Shown here in pieces: positions 23,701-35,380 of a DNA stretch of 64,000 nucleotides. Source of the DNA: Leucoraja ocellata (lineage: Eukaryota); contig JAWMAR010000070.1 in assembly GCA_036785375.1 (NCBI GenBank), positions 4,774,001 through 4,838,000 of the forward strand, written 5' to 3'. Numbering within the stretch: the first letter of the stretch is position 1; each line of letters starts with the position of its first letter. Below the pieces are notes generated by a model. It had not been told where the DNA came from. It saw only the letters and a list, made by a program, of their open reading frames with translations, and made no database searches. A program made the translations under genes and the position numbers.

Positions 23701-26700
23701 ATCTTACTTGGAGGACCTGAAATTAAAGCATATAATTAGTTAGTTACCCAATTGTAGCTAATTTCAAACTTCAATTACTAGATCTAAACATCTATCAATT
23801 TCTTAATAAATAATTAACATTTTTAAATAGCCTAAGTGTCCAAATAATATTCACAAATAATTCACAATAAAACATGATTTTTAAATCTCATTTACATCAA
23901 TTTATAGGCCAAATGGAAGGAATTTAGTGTTCAATTGCTGTAAATTAAAGTCAATTTGAATCAGCTTTCTAGTGGGTTCCTGTGAACGCGCTGGTTTAGA
24001 ACGTTCACATTGCGCTGGATTTGTGCCCTCAAATGCCCAGAAAAATACTGCGGGATATAAAGATCCCAAAATGAACTACTCGCTATAGAAAACTTTATAT
24101 ACAGGGTTCTTAAGAAGCCCCTTTTAATGTAAAAATAAGGTACATAACCTTTAATTGTTTGCTTTATAAAACCCTGGGGCTGCGAGAGGTTGCGGGTTGA
24201 GAGAGTGATTTTTAAACTACTATAACTATTATACAAGGCCATAAAAACTAATAATACCTTTTGCGACGATGGGGTCTTCCAGCGATTTTCCGTTAATGAT
24301 TAACTAGACTGAACATTTTCGATTGCAACAGCCTAGTAAAAATCGCGTTTTAAACCCGCCCCCCTCTAAACAGCGCCAGAATCGCGCACACGGGGTGGGG
24401 CAGATACTCAGACACGATTCAGGTAGGTTTTGTAACATACCTACTCATTCGCTCCATCCCTTCTTTCTCTACTTCCCTCCCTCCCTCCCACACACACACA
24501 CACGATGCACAGACAACTAACACACACGACTAAGTTAAGATGGGGTAGAAACCTTTTCACCCAGAGAGTTGTGAATTTGTAGAATTCTCTGCCACAGAGG
24601 GCAGTGGAGGCCAATTCACTGGATGTATTCAAGAGAGAGTTAGATTTAGCTCTTAGGGCTAATGGAATCATGGGATAACGGGAGCAAGCAGAACTGGGCA
24701 GTGCCGGCTCGAAGGGCCGAATCGTCTCCACCTGCGCCTATTTTCTATGTTTATATGTTTCTATGAATCGTCACCTATCCACTTTCTCCAGAGATAGTTC
24801 CTGTCCAGTCCTAACTCAGCGGGACGGGCAGCATCTCTGGAGAGAAGGAAATGGGTGAGGAAACATCACCCGTCGGTTTCTCCAGAGATGCTGCCTGTTA
24901 CTCCAGCTCTTTGTGTCTATCTTTGGTGTAAACCAGCACCTGCAGTTCCTTGCTACACATGGTCTATGCGAAACCATGAACCTGTCTGAACAGCACAAAT
25001 GACATGTTTTTTATTGTTAAACCACAGCTTGTGTTACTGCAGTGTGAGTGATCTTTCATCATGTGCCCACAGGGTCAAGGGGAATAACTGAACCCGTGGA
25101 GGTGAGTAGAGAGTTGGGGCAGTCGGTCACTGTGGCATGTCGGTACGATCGGAAATACAAAGACAACGACAAGCTATGGAGTAAAGGTGATCATTTCCTG
25201 TCATCTTCTACCGTGGTTTCTACTGATGACCCACAACATGGGAGAACATCGATGAGTGATGACAAAACCCGCCAGATAGTTTTAGTCACCATCGACAACC
25301 TGGAGAAGAGTGATGAAGGATACTACTGGTGTGTGATAGTAAAGAGAAAACATTCGCCCATTGAATTGGGCTCCATCTCATTGACGGTTTCTGAATGTAA
25401 GTTGACGATCTCTTCACTCTCCCAGATGTGAAAATTCCAGCCTGTGAATTCCCGGCCTCGGTCCTGACGGTGACTCGGTGCCACATCCCCGGGGGTCACG
25501 GTAAGGGGGGTGGGTGGATAACTCACTTACTGGGGTCCCGGCCCGTGGGGCCACACCAAGAGCTCACTGTCCCAGGAGCAGTATGGGGGGGGGGGGCTGT
25601 CAGACACCAGCCCCACGGAAGGTCCCATCTACCGGCGATTCTGTTGCTGACGGCTCATTTCCACGAAGACGATCGCTCCGGGACCAGAACCTCTGCCGCC
25701 CCCTCACTGGGGCAGGTGGTGGGAAACCCGGGTGGAGATAGGAGTCAATGGGGGAGGGGGCAGGTTAGTAGAAGATACTTAAAATTAGAGAACCAACGTT
25801 CAAACCGTTGGGTTGTAAACTACCTGAGCCCAATATGAGGTGCGGTTCCTCCAATTTGCATGTGGCCTCACTCTGGTAATGGAGGAGGCCCAGGACAGAA
25901 AGGTCAGTGTGGGAATGGGAAGGGACATGGACAGGGTTGGCAACCGGGAGATCAAGAATGGTCCCGACCCGAAAAGGACACCTATCCATTTTCTCCAGAG
26001 ATCCTGCCTGATCCGCCGAGTTACTCCAGCACTTTGTGTCTATCTGTGGTGTAAACCAGCACCTGCAGTTCCTTGCTACACATGATCTATGCAAAACCAT
26101 GAACCTGTCTGAACAGCACAAATGACATGTTTTTTATTGTTAAACCTCAGCTTGTGTTGCTGCAGTGTGAGTGATCTTTCATCATTAATGTGTCCACAGG
26201 GTCAAGGGGAATAACTGGACCCAAGGAGGTGAGGGGAGAGTTGGGGCAGTCGGTCACTGTGGAATGTCTGTATGGTCAGGAATACAGAGACAACAAGAAG
26301 CGATGGAGTAAAGGTGATTCTTACCTGTTTTCTTCTACCGTGGTTTCTACTGATCACCCACAACAAGGGAGAACATCGATGACTGATGACAAAACACAAC
26401 GGATAGTTTCAGTAACCATCGACAACCTGAAGAAGAGTGATGAAGGAGGCTACTGGTGTGTGATTGTAAAGGGAATATTTTCAAGCAATGAAAAGACCTC
26501 CATCTCATTGACGGTTTCTGAAGGTACGTTGACGATCTCTCCTCACTCTCCCAGATGTGAACATTCCAGCCTGGGAATTCCCGGCCTCGGTCCTGACGGT
26601 GACTCGGTGCCTCATCCCCGGGGGTCGGGGTGAAGGAGGGGGGAGCACATTTACTGGGGTCCCGGCCCATGGGGCCACACCAAGAGCCCACTGTCCCAGG

Positions 26701-29700
26701 AGCAGTGTGTGTGTGTGGGGGGGGGGGGGAGCTCATCAATGGGGATCGGCGGTTCTGCTGCTGGCGGCTCATTTCCCCAAAGACGATCGCTCCGGGTCCA
26801 GAACCTCTGCCGCCCCTCACTGGAGCAGGGGAACAGCCAGAACCGCTGGTGCCCCCTCACCCTCTCCCCCTGCCCATCACTGTCACACCCACCACGCACA
26901 CAACATCTGAAGAAGGGTCCCAACCTTAAACATTGTCAGTTCATTCCTTCCACGGATGCTGCCTGACCTGCTGAGTTACTCCAGCACTTTGTGTTTTGCT
27001 CAAGATTCCAGCACCTGCAATTCCTTGTGTCTCACAATCTTTGGTGATTCATGTGCTCAGTTTATTGTTGTCGTCTGTACTGAGGTACAGGGAAAAGATT
27101 TTACCATGTTTCCAATGAGGGCCAAGTCATTGGGTATTTTCAGGTGGAGATTGACAGGTTCTCCATTAGTACGGGTGTCAAGCGATATGGGGAGAAGGCA
27201 GGAGAATGGGGTTGAGAGGGAGAGATAGATCAGCCATGATTGAAAGGTGGAGTAGACTCAATGGGCCAAATGGCCTCAATCTGCCCCTATCACTTATGAA
27301 CTAATGAACTAAGAATCCTCATGAGATGAGTGATATCGACTTTACACTGAGCCACACAAACTGTACAAGATGAGATACTCAACGGGTCGGGCAGCTTCTG
27401 TGGAGAGAGAACGAGAGTTAATGTTTCAGGTAGATACCCCCAACCAAATTGCATTATTTCCAATTCAGTCCGCGTAATGAAAATAGTCCATGGATCCTCC
27501 CGCTCCCAAGTTCTTCTCCAGTGTAGAAGAGATGTGCCTAACTCTAGCAGCAGTCAGATAACACAGCCTGTGGGACTCTGAAGGGCATGAAAGATGTCTC
27601 TGAATGCTTGCGACCATCTGGTGACATCTTAATGGGTGAGTCTCCTGTCTAGATCAAGAGGCTTGGTCCATCTATGGTGGCCTCAGAAGGATCCTTGCTC
27701 AAATCTCTGGATTGGGATTTGAACCCAGGAATCTCCCCACACAGAGCAAGAGCGCTCCCGACTGAGGCATCTCCCACACATCACTAAAGTGGCACAGAAC
27801 GTGCTTTCACACATTTAATGTTCAAAAACTTCATTTTCTTCATCTCCACAAGGATCTCAAAAAAGCCGCCCAGACATAGTCAGCACCACCTCTACAACAA
27901 TAAACACAAAGGCTTCCACCACAACCACTCTGACCACCATGCCTCAAGATACACCAACCACCAAGGCAGCAAGTTCCAATGAGGCTTCTGGTTCATCAGA
28001 TGGAAACAGGTTAGTAACTCGAAGAGTCAACTCAGCCTCACCTGAGAACAAATTAGTTCAGTTCAATTCAGCTCAGTTTAAAGATACAGCGTGGAAATGG
28101 ACCCTTTGGCCCACCGAGTCCGCTCTGAGCAGCGATCACCCCATACACCAGTTCTGTTCTACACACTAGGGGCAACTTACTACAAACCCGCACGTCTTTG
28201 GAATGTGGGAGGAAACTGGAGAACCCAGAGTAAACTCTTGCGATCACAGGGAGAACGTACAGACTCTGCACTGACAGCACCGGTATCAGGATCGACCCCG
28301 CGTCTACTGTGCTGTGAGGCAGCAACTCTACCGCTGAGCTGACATCTCAATGGGCGAGCCTCATGTCTACATCAAGCGGCTTGGTCCATCTATGGTGGCC
28401 TAGGAAGGATCCTTGCTCAAATCTCAGGTTTGGGATTCGAATCAAGAATCTCCCCACACAGAGCAAGATCGCCCCCAACTGAAGCATCTCCCACACGTCA
28501 CTAAAGTGGCACAGAACGTGATTATAAACATTTAATGTTCAAAGACTTCATTCACTTTATCTTCACAAGGGTCTCAAACATATCACCCAGATATCCTCAC
28601 CACTTTGGTGCGTGTGTGTGTGTGGGGGGGTGGGGGGGGGTTGCACGGTGGCGCAGCGGTAGAGTTGCTGCCTTACAATGCTTGTAGCGCCGGAGACCCA
28701 GGTTCAATCCCGACTACAGGTGCTGCCTGTACGGGGTTTGTACGTTATCCCCACGACCGCATGGGTTTTCTCTGAGATCTTTGATTTCCTCCAACACTCT
28801 AAAGACATACAAGTATGTAAGCAGATTGGCTTGGCGTATGTGTCAATTGCCCCTAGTGTGTGTAGCCTAGTGTTAGTGTGCGAGGATCGATGGTCGGTGT
28901 GGACTCCATGGGCCGTCGGGCCTGTTTCCGCGCTATATCTCAAAATTAAACTAAACTGGATTAAAATATGGTCACCACCACCTCAGGAACCACCACACCC
29001 ACTCTGCCTCCAGAAGCATCGACCACCAGGGATTCCTGGTTCATCGCCTCGACACAGGTCAGTGACTCAAAGTCCCAGTACTTTGAGAAAGCGCGGCTGA
29101 TCACATTCCAGTCCATTGATAAATACTCCTTGGCCCTGACTAAAGTCCCTCTGCCCTTAGTACACCCAGTGGCCCTACCATTGTGAATGTCTACCCTTAC
29201 ATGATGCCAAAAACAAATAACGTCACACTTATCACGGTTCAATACCTGCTGGCATTGCTCTGCCCAACATACCAGTTGCTTCTTATCCCTCTGTGGTCTA
29301 TGATTATCGTACTATCCAAAATGATACAATGTTGGTGTAATCTGTAAACTCGTAAATCATACTTCCAACATTAACATCTAAGGCCGGCAGATGGGACTAG
29401 TATTGATAAGGACATCTTGGTCGGCATGGGGAAATTGGATCAAAGGACATGTTTTCGTGCTCTATGTCTGACCATCAAAATGAACATCTAAGTTGTTAAT
29501 GTATGTAGTCATGGAACACCTCCAAGGAATGGGTGCATGTTGCGATATCAACATCTCACCAATGTCCACGCCACAACCTTGGATCACACTGAATGATTCC
29601 GTGTGCAATATGATGAAAGAAAATTGCCAGCGTTGATCTGTGGTAACTCTGTGTGGAAGTAATAATATTTCCTTGGATTTCCAGGGACATCGTGCTGAAT

Positions 29701-29796
29701 GTTCGCCGTGTTTGGGGTGTGTTACGCTGGGTACTCTTTGGAATTCTGCTTCTCTTCCCGGTTTCCATCAGCTGTGTGACAACTTTGAAAAGGTGA
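20661..29796 (+). CDS. CD300/pIgR-like receptor gene 2, 2 V-Ig domains, ~337 aa; join(20661..20757,25073..25396,26200..26523,27853..28009,29685..29796)
   Basis: Paralogue of gene 1; phases compatible, 1014 nt open. Confidence 0.8.
21695..21732 (+). ncRNA. Degenerate minimal hammerhead motif in gene 2 intron 1
   Basis: UGGGU-CUGAAGA-A-AGGU(CUCG)ACCC-GAAA-CG-UC-ACCCA; 5-bp stem I; first stem II pair mismatched. Confidence 0.45.
22303..22955 (+). mobile_element. Rex1/Babar-type LINE 3' fragment (gene 2 intron 1)
   Basis: Paralogue of 4325..4977. Confidence 0.8.
23400..24443. mobile_element. Non-autonomous DNA transposon (~1.04 kb, AT-rich) in gene 2 intron 1
   Basis: TIRs TAGCAATGTTACAAAA / TTTTGTAACATACCTA; 7-bp TSD CTCATTC; absent from genes 1 and 3. 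Confidence 0.85.
25073..25396 (+). CDS. Gene 2 V-type Ig exon D1 (weakened splice signals)
   Basis: 324 nt open; donor GAAT|GTAAGT; 4-nt deletion upstream of the acceptor. Confidence 0.85.
26200..26523 (+). CDS. Gene 2 V-type Ig exon D2
   Basis: 324 nt open, canonical splice sites, DEGGYWC. Confidence 0.92.
27853..28009 (+). CDS. Gene 2 Ser/Thr-rich stalk exon
   Basis: Same sequence as 13665..13821. Confidence 0.8.
28570..29057 (+). pseudogene. Duplicate stalk exon disrupted by a SINE (gene 2)
   Basis: Paralogue of 14382..14873. Confidence 0.62.
29685..29796 (+). CDS. Gene 2 TM exon (Arg in TM, short tail)
   Basis: Same peptide as the gene 1 TM exon. Confidence 0.82.
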
Positions 29797-30839
29797 AAGT
29801 TTGCAATCTCTTCACTCTGATGTTCACATTAAATTCAACTGGAAATGATGGGAATTTACTTTAGAATTGTAGAGATAAAGTGTGGACATACAGTGCCCTC
29901 CATAATGTTTGGGACAAAGACCCTTCATTTATTTATTTGCCTCTGTATTCCACAATTTGAGATTTGTAATTGAAAAAATCACATGTGGTTAAAGTGCACA
30001 TGGTCAGATTTTATTAAAGGATATACAGCCAATCAAGTCCGCCCCGACCAATGATCACCCCGTACACGCGCACTATCCTACACACGAGGGACAATTTACA
30101 ATTATACAGAGGCCAATTAACCTACAAAACTACACGTCTTTGGATTGTGGTAAGAAACCGGAGCACCCGGAGAAAACCCACGCTGTCACAGGCAGAACAT
30201 ACAAACTCCGTACAGACAGCACCCGTAGTCATGATCAAACCCGGGTCTCTGGCGCTGTAAGGCAGCAACTCTACCGCTGCGCCACTGTGCCACCCTGGGT
30301 CATTTCCTCGGGTAAAATTTGATGGTGGAGATTATAAACTGTGTTTTAATTGTTATTCAAGGAAAAAAACAGCCAAGACCTTGGAGATGAGGTCGGCAGT
30401 GGTGGAGGAAGGAGAGGAACAGCGCCGGTGAGCTGGCTGGGTGAGGCCTCACCTCGCATGGAGACGGCCGTGGGAGGCGAGGGGAAAAGGGTGCGTTGGT
30501 GGTTCGAGGTGTGGGCGGAGTGCGAGTGGGCTGCTGGAGGCCCTGCAGCCGGTGGATCGGGTGCCGCTGGAGGTCACACAGAGGTCGGGGACGAGCGCGC
30601 GGATCGGACACGGCCTGCAGCGGCACGGAGCGGTGGTGGAGGCACCGACAACATCGCCAGGCCAGGCCGACCCCTGCAACTCCCACCCAGTGCCGTCTCC
30701 ATGACAACGGGCCTTTAAGCCCAAAATAAAACGGGCCTTTAAGCCCAATTTGATGTTTAAGAATATAAGATACTGCCAGTAATGTGGCAACTCTTGTGTA
30801 CTGCATCATATAATCTGCTATTAATACTCTTGTTCTTAG

Positions 30840-30864
30840 CTTCAGCTGTGCTTATATCAAGTAA
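30840..30864 (+). CDS. Possible short terminal exon of gene 2
   Basis: Paralogue of 16656..16680. Confidence 0.45.
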
Positions 30865-32337
30865 GATTTTTACTGAATTCTATACAAAAGAAATGTCACT
30901 GTACGCATGTGCATGATACAATAAAGTACCATTGAACCATTGAACAATGGGGATGTAAAAACGGTTAAATGATTAAAAGTATTGAACTGTGGACACGCGT
31001 TAGAAGAATAAGATAAAAATGAAGGGTAATCGTTATATCAATATTGTTATTCTGACGGAATGACGCCCAATAATCATCGTTTAGCTTTTCAGGGCCAGAG
31101 AGGGTGTTCACCAGTTGGAGATGTACAAATCTCATCACCTTGACCCTACAGCATCACCACACCACACCTATGTCCAATCTACCTTGACCACTTGAGGAGG
31201 AATTTCTTTAGCCAGAGGGTGATGAATCTGTGGAATTAATTGCCACAGGCGGCTGTGGAGGCCAAGTCAATGGATATTTTTAAATTGGAGATTGACATGT
31301 TTACTCTGGGTGACAAAAGTTGTGGGAAGAAGGCAGCAGAATGGGATGGAGGGGGAAAGATAGATCATCCATGATTGAATGGCGGAGTAGACTCGATGGA
31401 GCAAATGGCCGAATTCTGTACCTATGTTTGCAGACACGTCTGTACATCCTGACATTCACCCAAAGGACAGCAGAACATAGACTAGAACTCAAAGCTGGCT
31501 TTCCAGAATGTGAACTTTTAACTTTACTACCAATTGAATTGCTGTGTAAAACCCTGCACATTGAATAATGTTTAAAATAATCCAATGTAATAAAAGATGG
31601 CTGAATTTTTGTCATAAAGTCATAAGTGATCAGAGTAGAATTAGTTTGGTTTAGAGATAGCGCATGGAAACAGGCCCATTGATCCACCGAGTCCATGCCG
31701 ACCACTGATCACCTGTACACTCTATGTTTAAGAAGGAACAGCAGATGCTGGAAAAGCGAAGGTAGACAAAAACGCTGAGTTTCTCCAGCATTGTTGTCTA
31801 CCTGTACACACACTAGTTCTGTTATCCCACTTTGTCATCTATTCCCTAAACATTTGCGACAATCTTGCAGAGGTATTTAACCTACAAACTCGCATGGATT
31901 GTGGATGTGGAAGGAAGCCGGAGCACCTGGAGGAAACCCATGAGGTCACAGGTAGAACATTCAAACTCCACACAGACAGCACCCGTAGAGAGGATCGAAC
32001 CCGGGTCTCTGGCGCTGTGAGGCAGCAGCAAACCGCTGCACCACCGTGCCGCTCTGAAGAGAGAGAGCAGGCTTGTGAGAGGAGGCAACAGAGCAGCAGG
32101 CCAGCTAAATGCCTCATCAGAGTGACAGCACCTCCAGCAACTTTAGACACAGTGCTTAGGACAAACGGAATCAAGGGATATGGGAGAGAGCAGGAACTGG
32201 GTACTGATTTATGTTGATCTGCCACGATCATATTGAATGGCGGTGCTGGTTCGAAGGGCCGAATGGCCTACTCCAGCGCCTATTTTCTATGCTTCTATGT
32301 TTCCATTGCGGAGCTCCCTCAGTACAACTCAGTACAA

Positions 32338-32785
32338 CAGTTACAGAGATAGGTTGAATAAGTTAGGTCTTTATTCTCTGGAGCGCAGAAGGTTAAGTGG
32401 GGACTTGATAGAGGTCTTTAAAATGATGAGAGGGATAGACAGAGTTGATGTGGACAAGCTTTTCCCTTTGAGAATAGGGAAGATTCAAACAAGAGGACAT
32501 GACTTCAGAATTAAGGGACAGAAGTTTAGGGGTAATATGAGGAGGAACTTCTTTACTCAGAGAGTGGTAACGGTGTGGAATGTGCTTCCAGTGGAAGTGG
32601 TGGAGGCAGGTTCATTGGTATCATTTAAAAATAAATTGGATAGGCATATGGATGAGAAGGGAATGGAGGGTTATGGTACGAGTGCAGGCAGGTGGGACTA
32701 AGGGGAAAAAAAGTTGTTCGGCATGGACTTGTGGGGCCAAGATGGCCTGTTTCTGTGCTGTAATTGTTATATGGTTATATGGTTA
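32338..32785 (+). mobile_element. CR1 LINE 3' fragment, second subfamily with (TATGGT)n-like tail
   Basis: SYRDRLNKLGLYSLERRRL..GDLIEVFK; absent at the paralogous sites ~150 and ~18140. Confidence 0.88.
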
Positions 32786-34859
32786 ACTCTCCCTCCGTGC
32801 TCGGCATTCTGGAGTGGGAACTGAACCAACATCTCTCTAACTCACTCAATAGTTTTCACCCACTGAGTTTGCACTGCAGGACCCAACACTGGGCCTTGGT
32901 GTGGCTCGGTTAGCATGGTAAAGTCCCACAGGACTCCTGCTAGAAACAGCGTGGGAAATGTTGAACCTAGACCACAGGTCACTCATTGAAAAACCATGTG
33001 AAACCCAACCCATTCTGAAAGTCTCAATGACTTCATTTTTGCATTCAAGGAATCTATGGCAACCTCTTTAGTTTAGCCAATTATAGTCACGTGTACCGAG
33101 GTGGAGTGAAAAGCTTTTCTGTGTGTATGTTATCCAGTCAGTGAAAACACTGTATATGATTACAATCGAGCCGTCCGCAGGTACAGGATAAAGGGAATAA
33201 TGTTCAATGCAAGATACAGTCTAGTAAAATCCGATTAAAGATAGTTCCAAGGTCTCGAACGAGGTAGTTGGGAGGTCAGGACCACTCTGAAGGGTCCCAT
33301 CGAGAAATGTTACCCATCCTTTTTGTCCAGAGAAGCTGCTTGACCCGCTGAGATGCTCCAACACTTTGTGCCTATCTGTGGTATAAACCAGCATCTGCAG
33401 TTCCTTGTTTCTACATTCCACCCTTGTAGTCTTGTGTGCATCTAATTTGGACACAACAAGTTCCCTTTAAAAAACAACAACTATCCTACAGATGACTTTG
33501 GTGTCCTTGGTTGATGGGATACCTCTTGCCCCAGAACAAGGAGATCCTCCACTATTCTGGTGCGAACCATTACAAAATGCTCTGTTCTTTAGAATTATTT
33601 ATTCAGCGCCTTGAATGATGTTTAGCCACGGGCCTCACTGTACTGGGTGAGGTGCTAATGATAAACTGCTCAACACTCGATCGTTCCATCAACGGTTGTC
33701 GTCGTGTTGTGTGCAACCAAATTGCACACAGCTAGCTCCCTGTAGAGAAGGGAGACAACTACCTACAGCTTGCCTTGTTGATCTTGGTTTGTAGGGAGAA
33801 CTCTTGCCCCCAGAACAAGGAGTCTCTCCCCTATTCTGGTGCGAACTATCTCCAGGTGACCTTTCTCAGTGACTTGAGACAGAGCAGACAGCAGATCAGC
33901 TAAATGCCTCGGCAAAGTGACTTCACCCCCAGCAGTGGCGAGCTCCCTCAGTACTGCACTCCCTCAGTCCTCGGGCTTCAGGAGTGGGAGTTGAACCAAC
34001 AACTCTCTGACTCAGATTTTTTTTTAAATTTCAAAATATACTTTATTCAAAAAATAAATATACGCAATACATGATCCTTACAAAACTCCATTCAACATTC
34101 TCGGTTGCTATGCGTACATGCAATACTGTTTACACAAATTAACCCCACAGCTCGCCACTCGTGGCCCACTGGCGTGGGATACCTTCCCTTATTTTGAGGT
34201 GCATCTCCACCACACCCTGCCACACGCTGACCTTTCGCTGGACGTCTACACTGGCCCATGGTGTGGCTCAGTTAGCCTGTGAAAGTCGCCCAAGCCACCC
34301 TCGAGAGAGAGGGTGATGAATCTGTGCCCTAGCCTCAGAATAAAAGGACATTCTTTGAGAAAGGAGATGGAGTAATGTCTTTAGTCAGAGGGTGGTGAAT
34401 CTGTGGAAATCATTGTGATAGAAGGATGTGGAGGTCAAGTCAATGGATATTTTGAAGGCTGAGATTGATAGATTCTTGATTAGTACGGGTCAGGGGTTAC
34501 GGGGAGAAGGCAGGAGAATGGGGTCAAGAGGGAAAGATAGATCAGCCATGATTGATTGAATGGCGAAGTGGACTTGATGGGATAATTCTGCTCTTATAAC
34601 TTATGAACATGACCTGGATTGATCTGCTCATCTATATTCACACAGAGGTTCCTTGATCTTCAGTGGGGAGGGTGTGCTGCCTGTCCTATACCACTGTAGG
34701 ACATTGGCTATTCGGTCCATCAAGTCTACTCCGCCATTCAATCATGGCCGATCCATCTCTCCCTCCTAACCCAATTTTCCTGCCTCTCCCCATAACCTCT
34801 GACACCTGTATTAATTAAATTCAGACTAATTAATCTGAAAGAATCCATCTATCCACCGA

Positions 34860-35380
34860 TAAAGGTGAATTTATTATGGGGAACAAGGAAATGGCAGATG
34901 AGATGAACAGATACATTGGATCTGTCTTCACTAAGGAGGACACAAACAATCTTCATGATATAGAAGTGGCCAGAGGATCTGGGTGTGCAGAGGAACTGAA
35001 GGAAATCCACAATAGGCAGGATAGACTGATGGGACTGAAGGCTGCTAAATCCCCAGGGCCTGATGGTCTGCATCCCAGGGTACTTAAGGAAGTGACTCTA
35101 GAAATCGTGGATGCATTGGTGATAATTTTCTATAGACTCAGGATCCGTTCCTGTGGATTGGAGGGTAGCTAATGTTACCCCACTTTTTAAGAAATGCGGG
35201 AGAGAGAAAATGGGGAATTATAGACCAGTTAGCCTGACATCGGTGGTGGGGAAGATGCTGGAGTCAATTATAAAAGATGAAATAGCCGAATTGATTGGGG
35301 ATGATCAGCCATGATCACATTGAATGATGGTGCTAGCTAGAAGGGCCAAATGGCCTACTCTTGCACCTATTGTCTATGTC
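34860..35380 (+). mobile_element. CR1 LINE ORF2 fragment with internal deletion
   Basis: KSPGPDGLHPRVLKE...NYRPVSLTSVVGKMLESII joined directly to the 3' UTR. Confidence 0.85.

Larger units (their letters stand above)
17976..32159 (+). repeat. Segmental duplication unit B
   Basis: Collinear with unit A. Confidence 0.9.

Noticed and set aside
33560-33910. Remnant of a further receptor gene (similar to intron 1 at ~2790-2990 and ~3365-3680)
   Set aside because: No leader or Ig exon next to it; more simply an old repeat or local duplication
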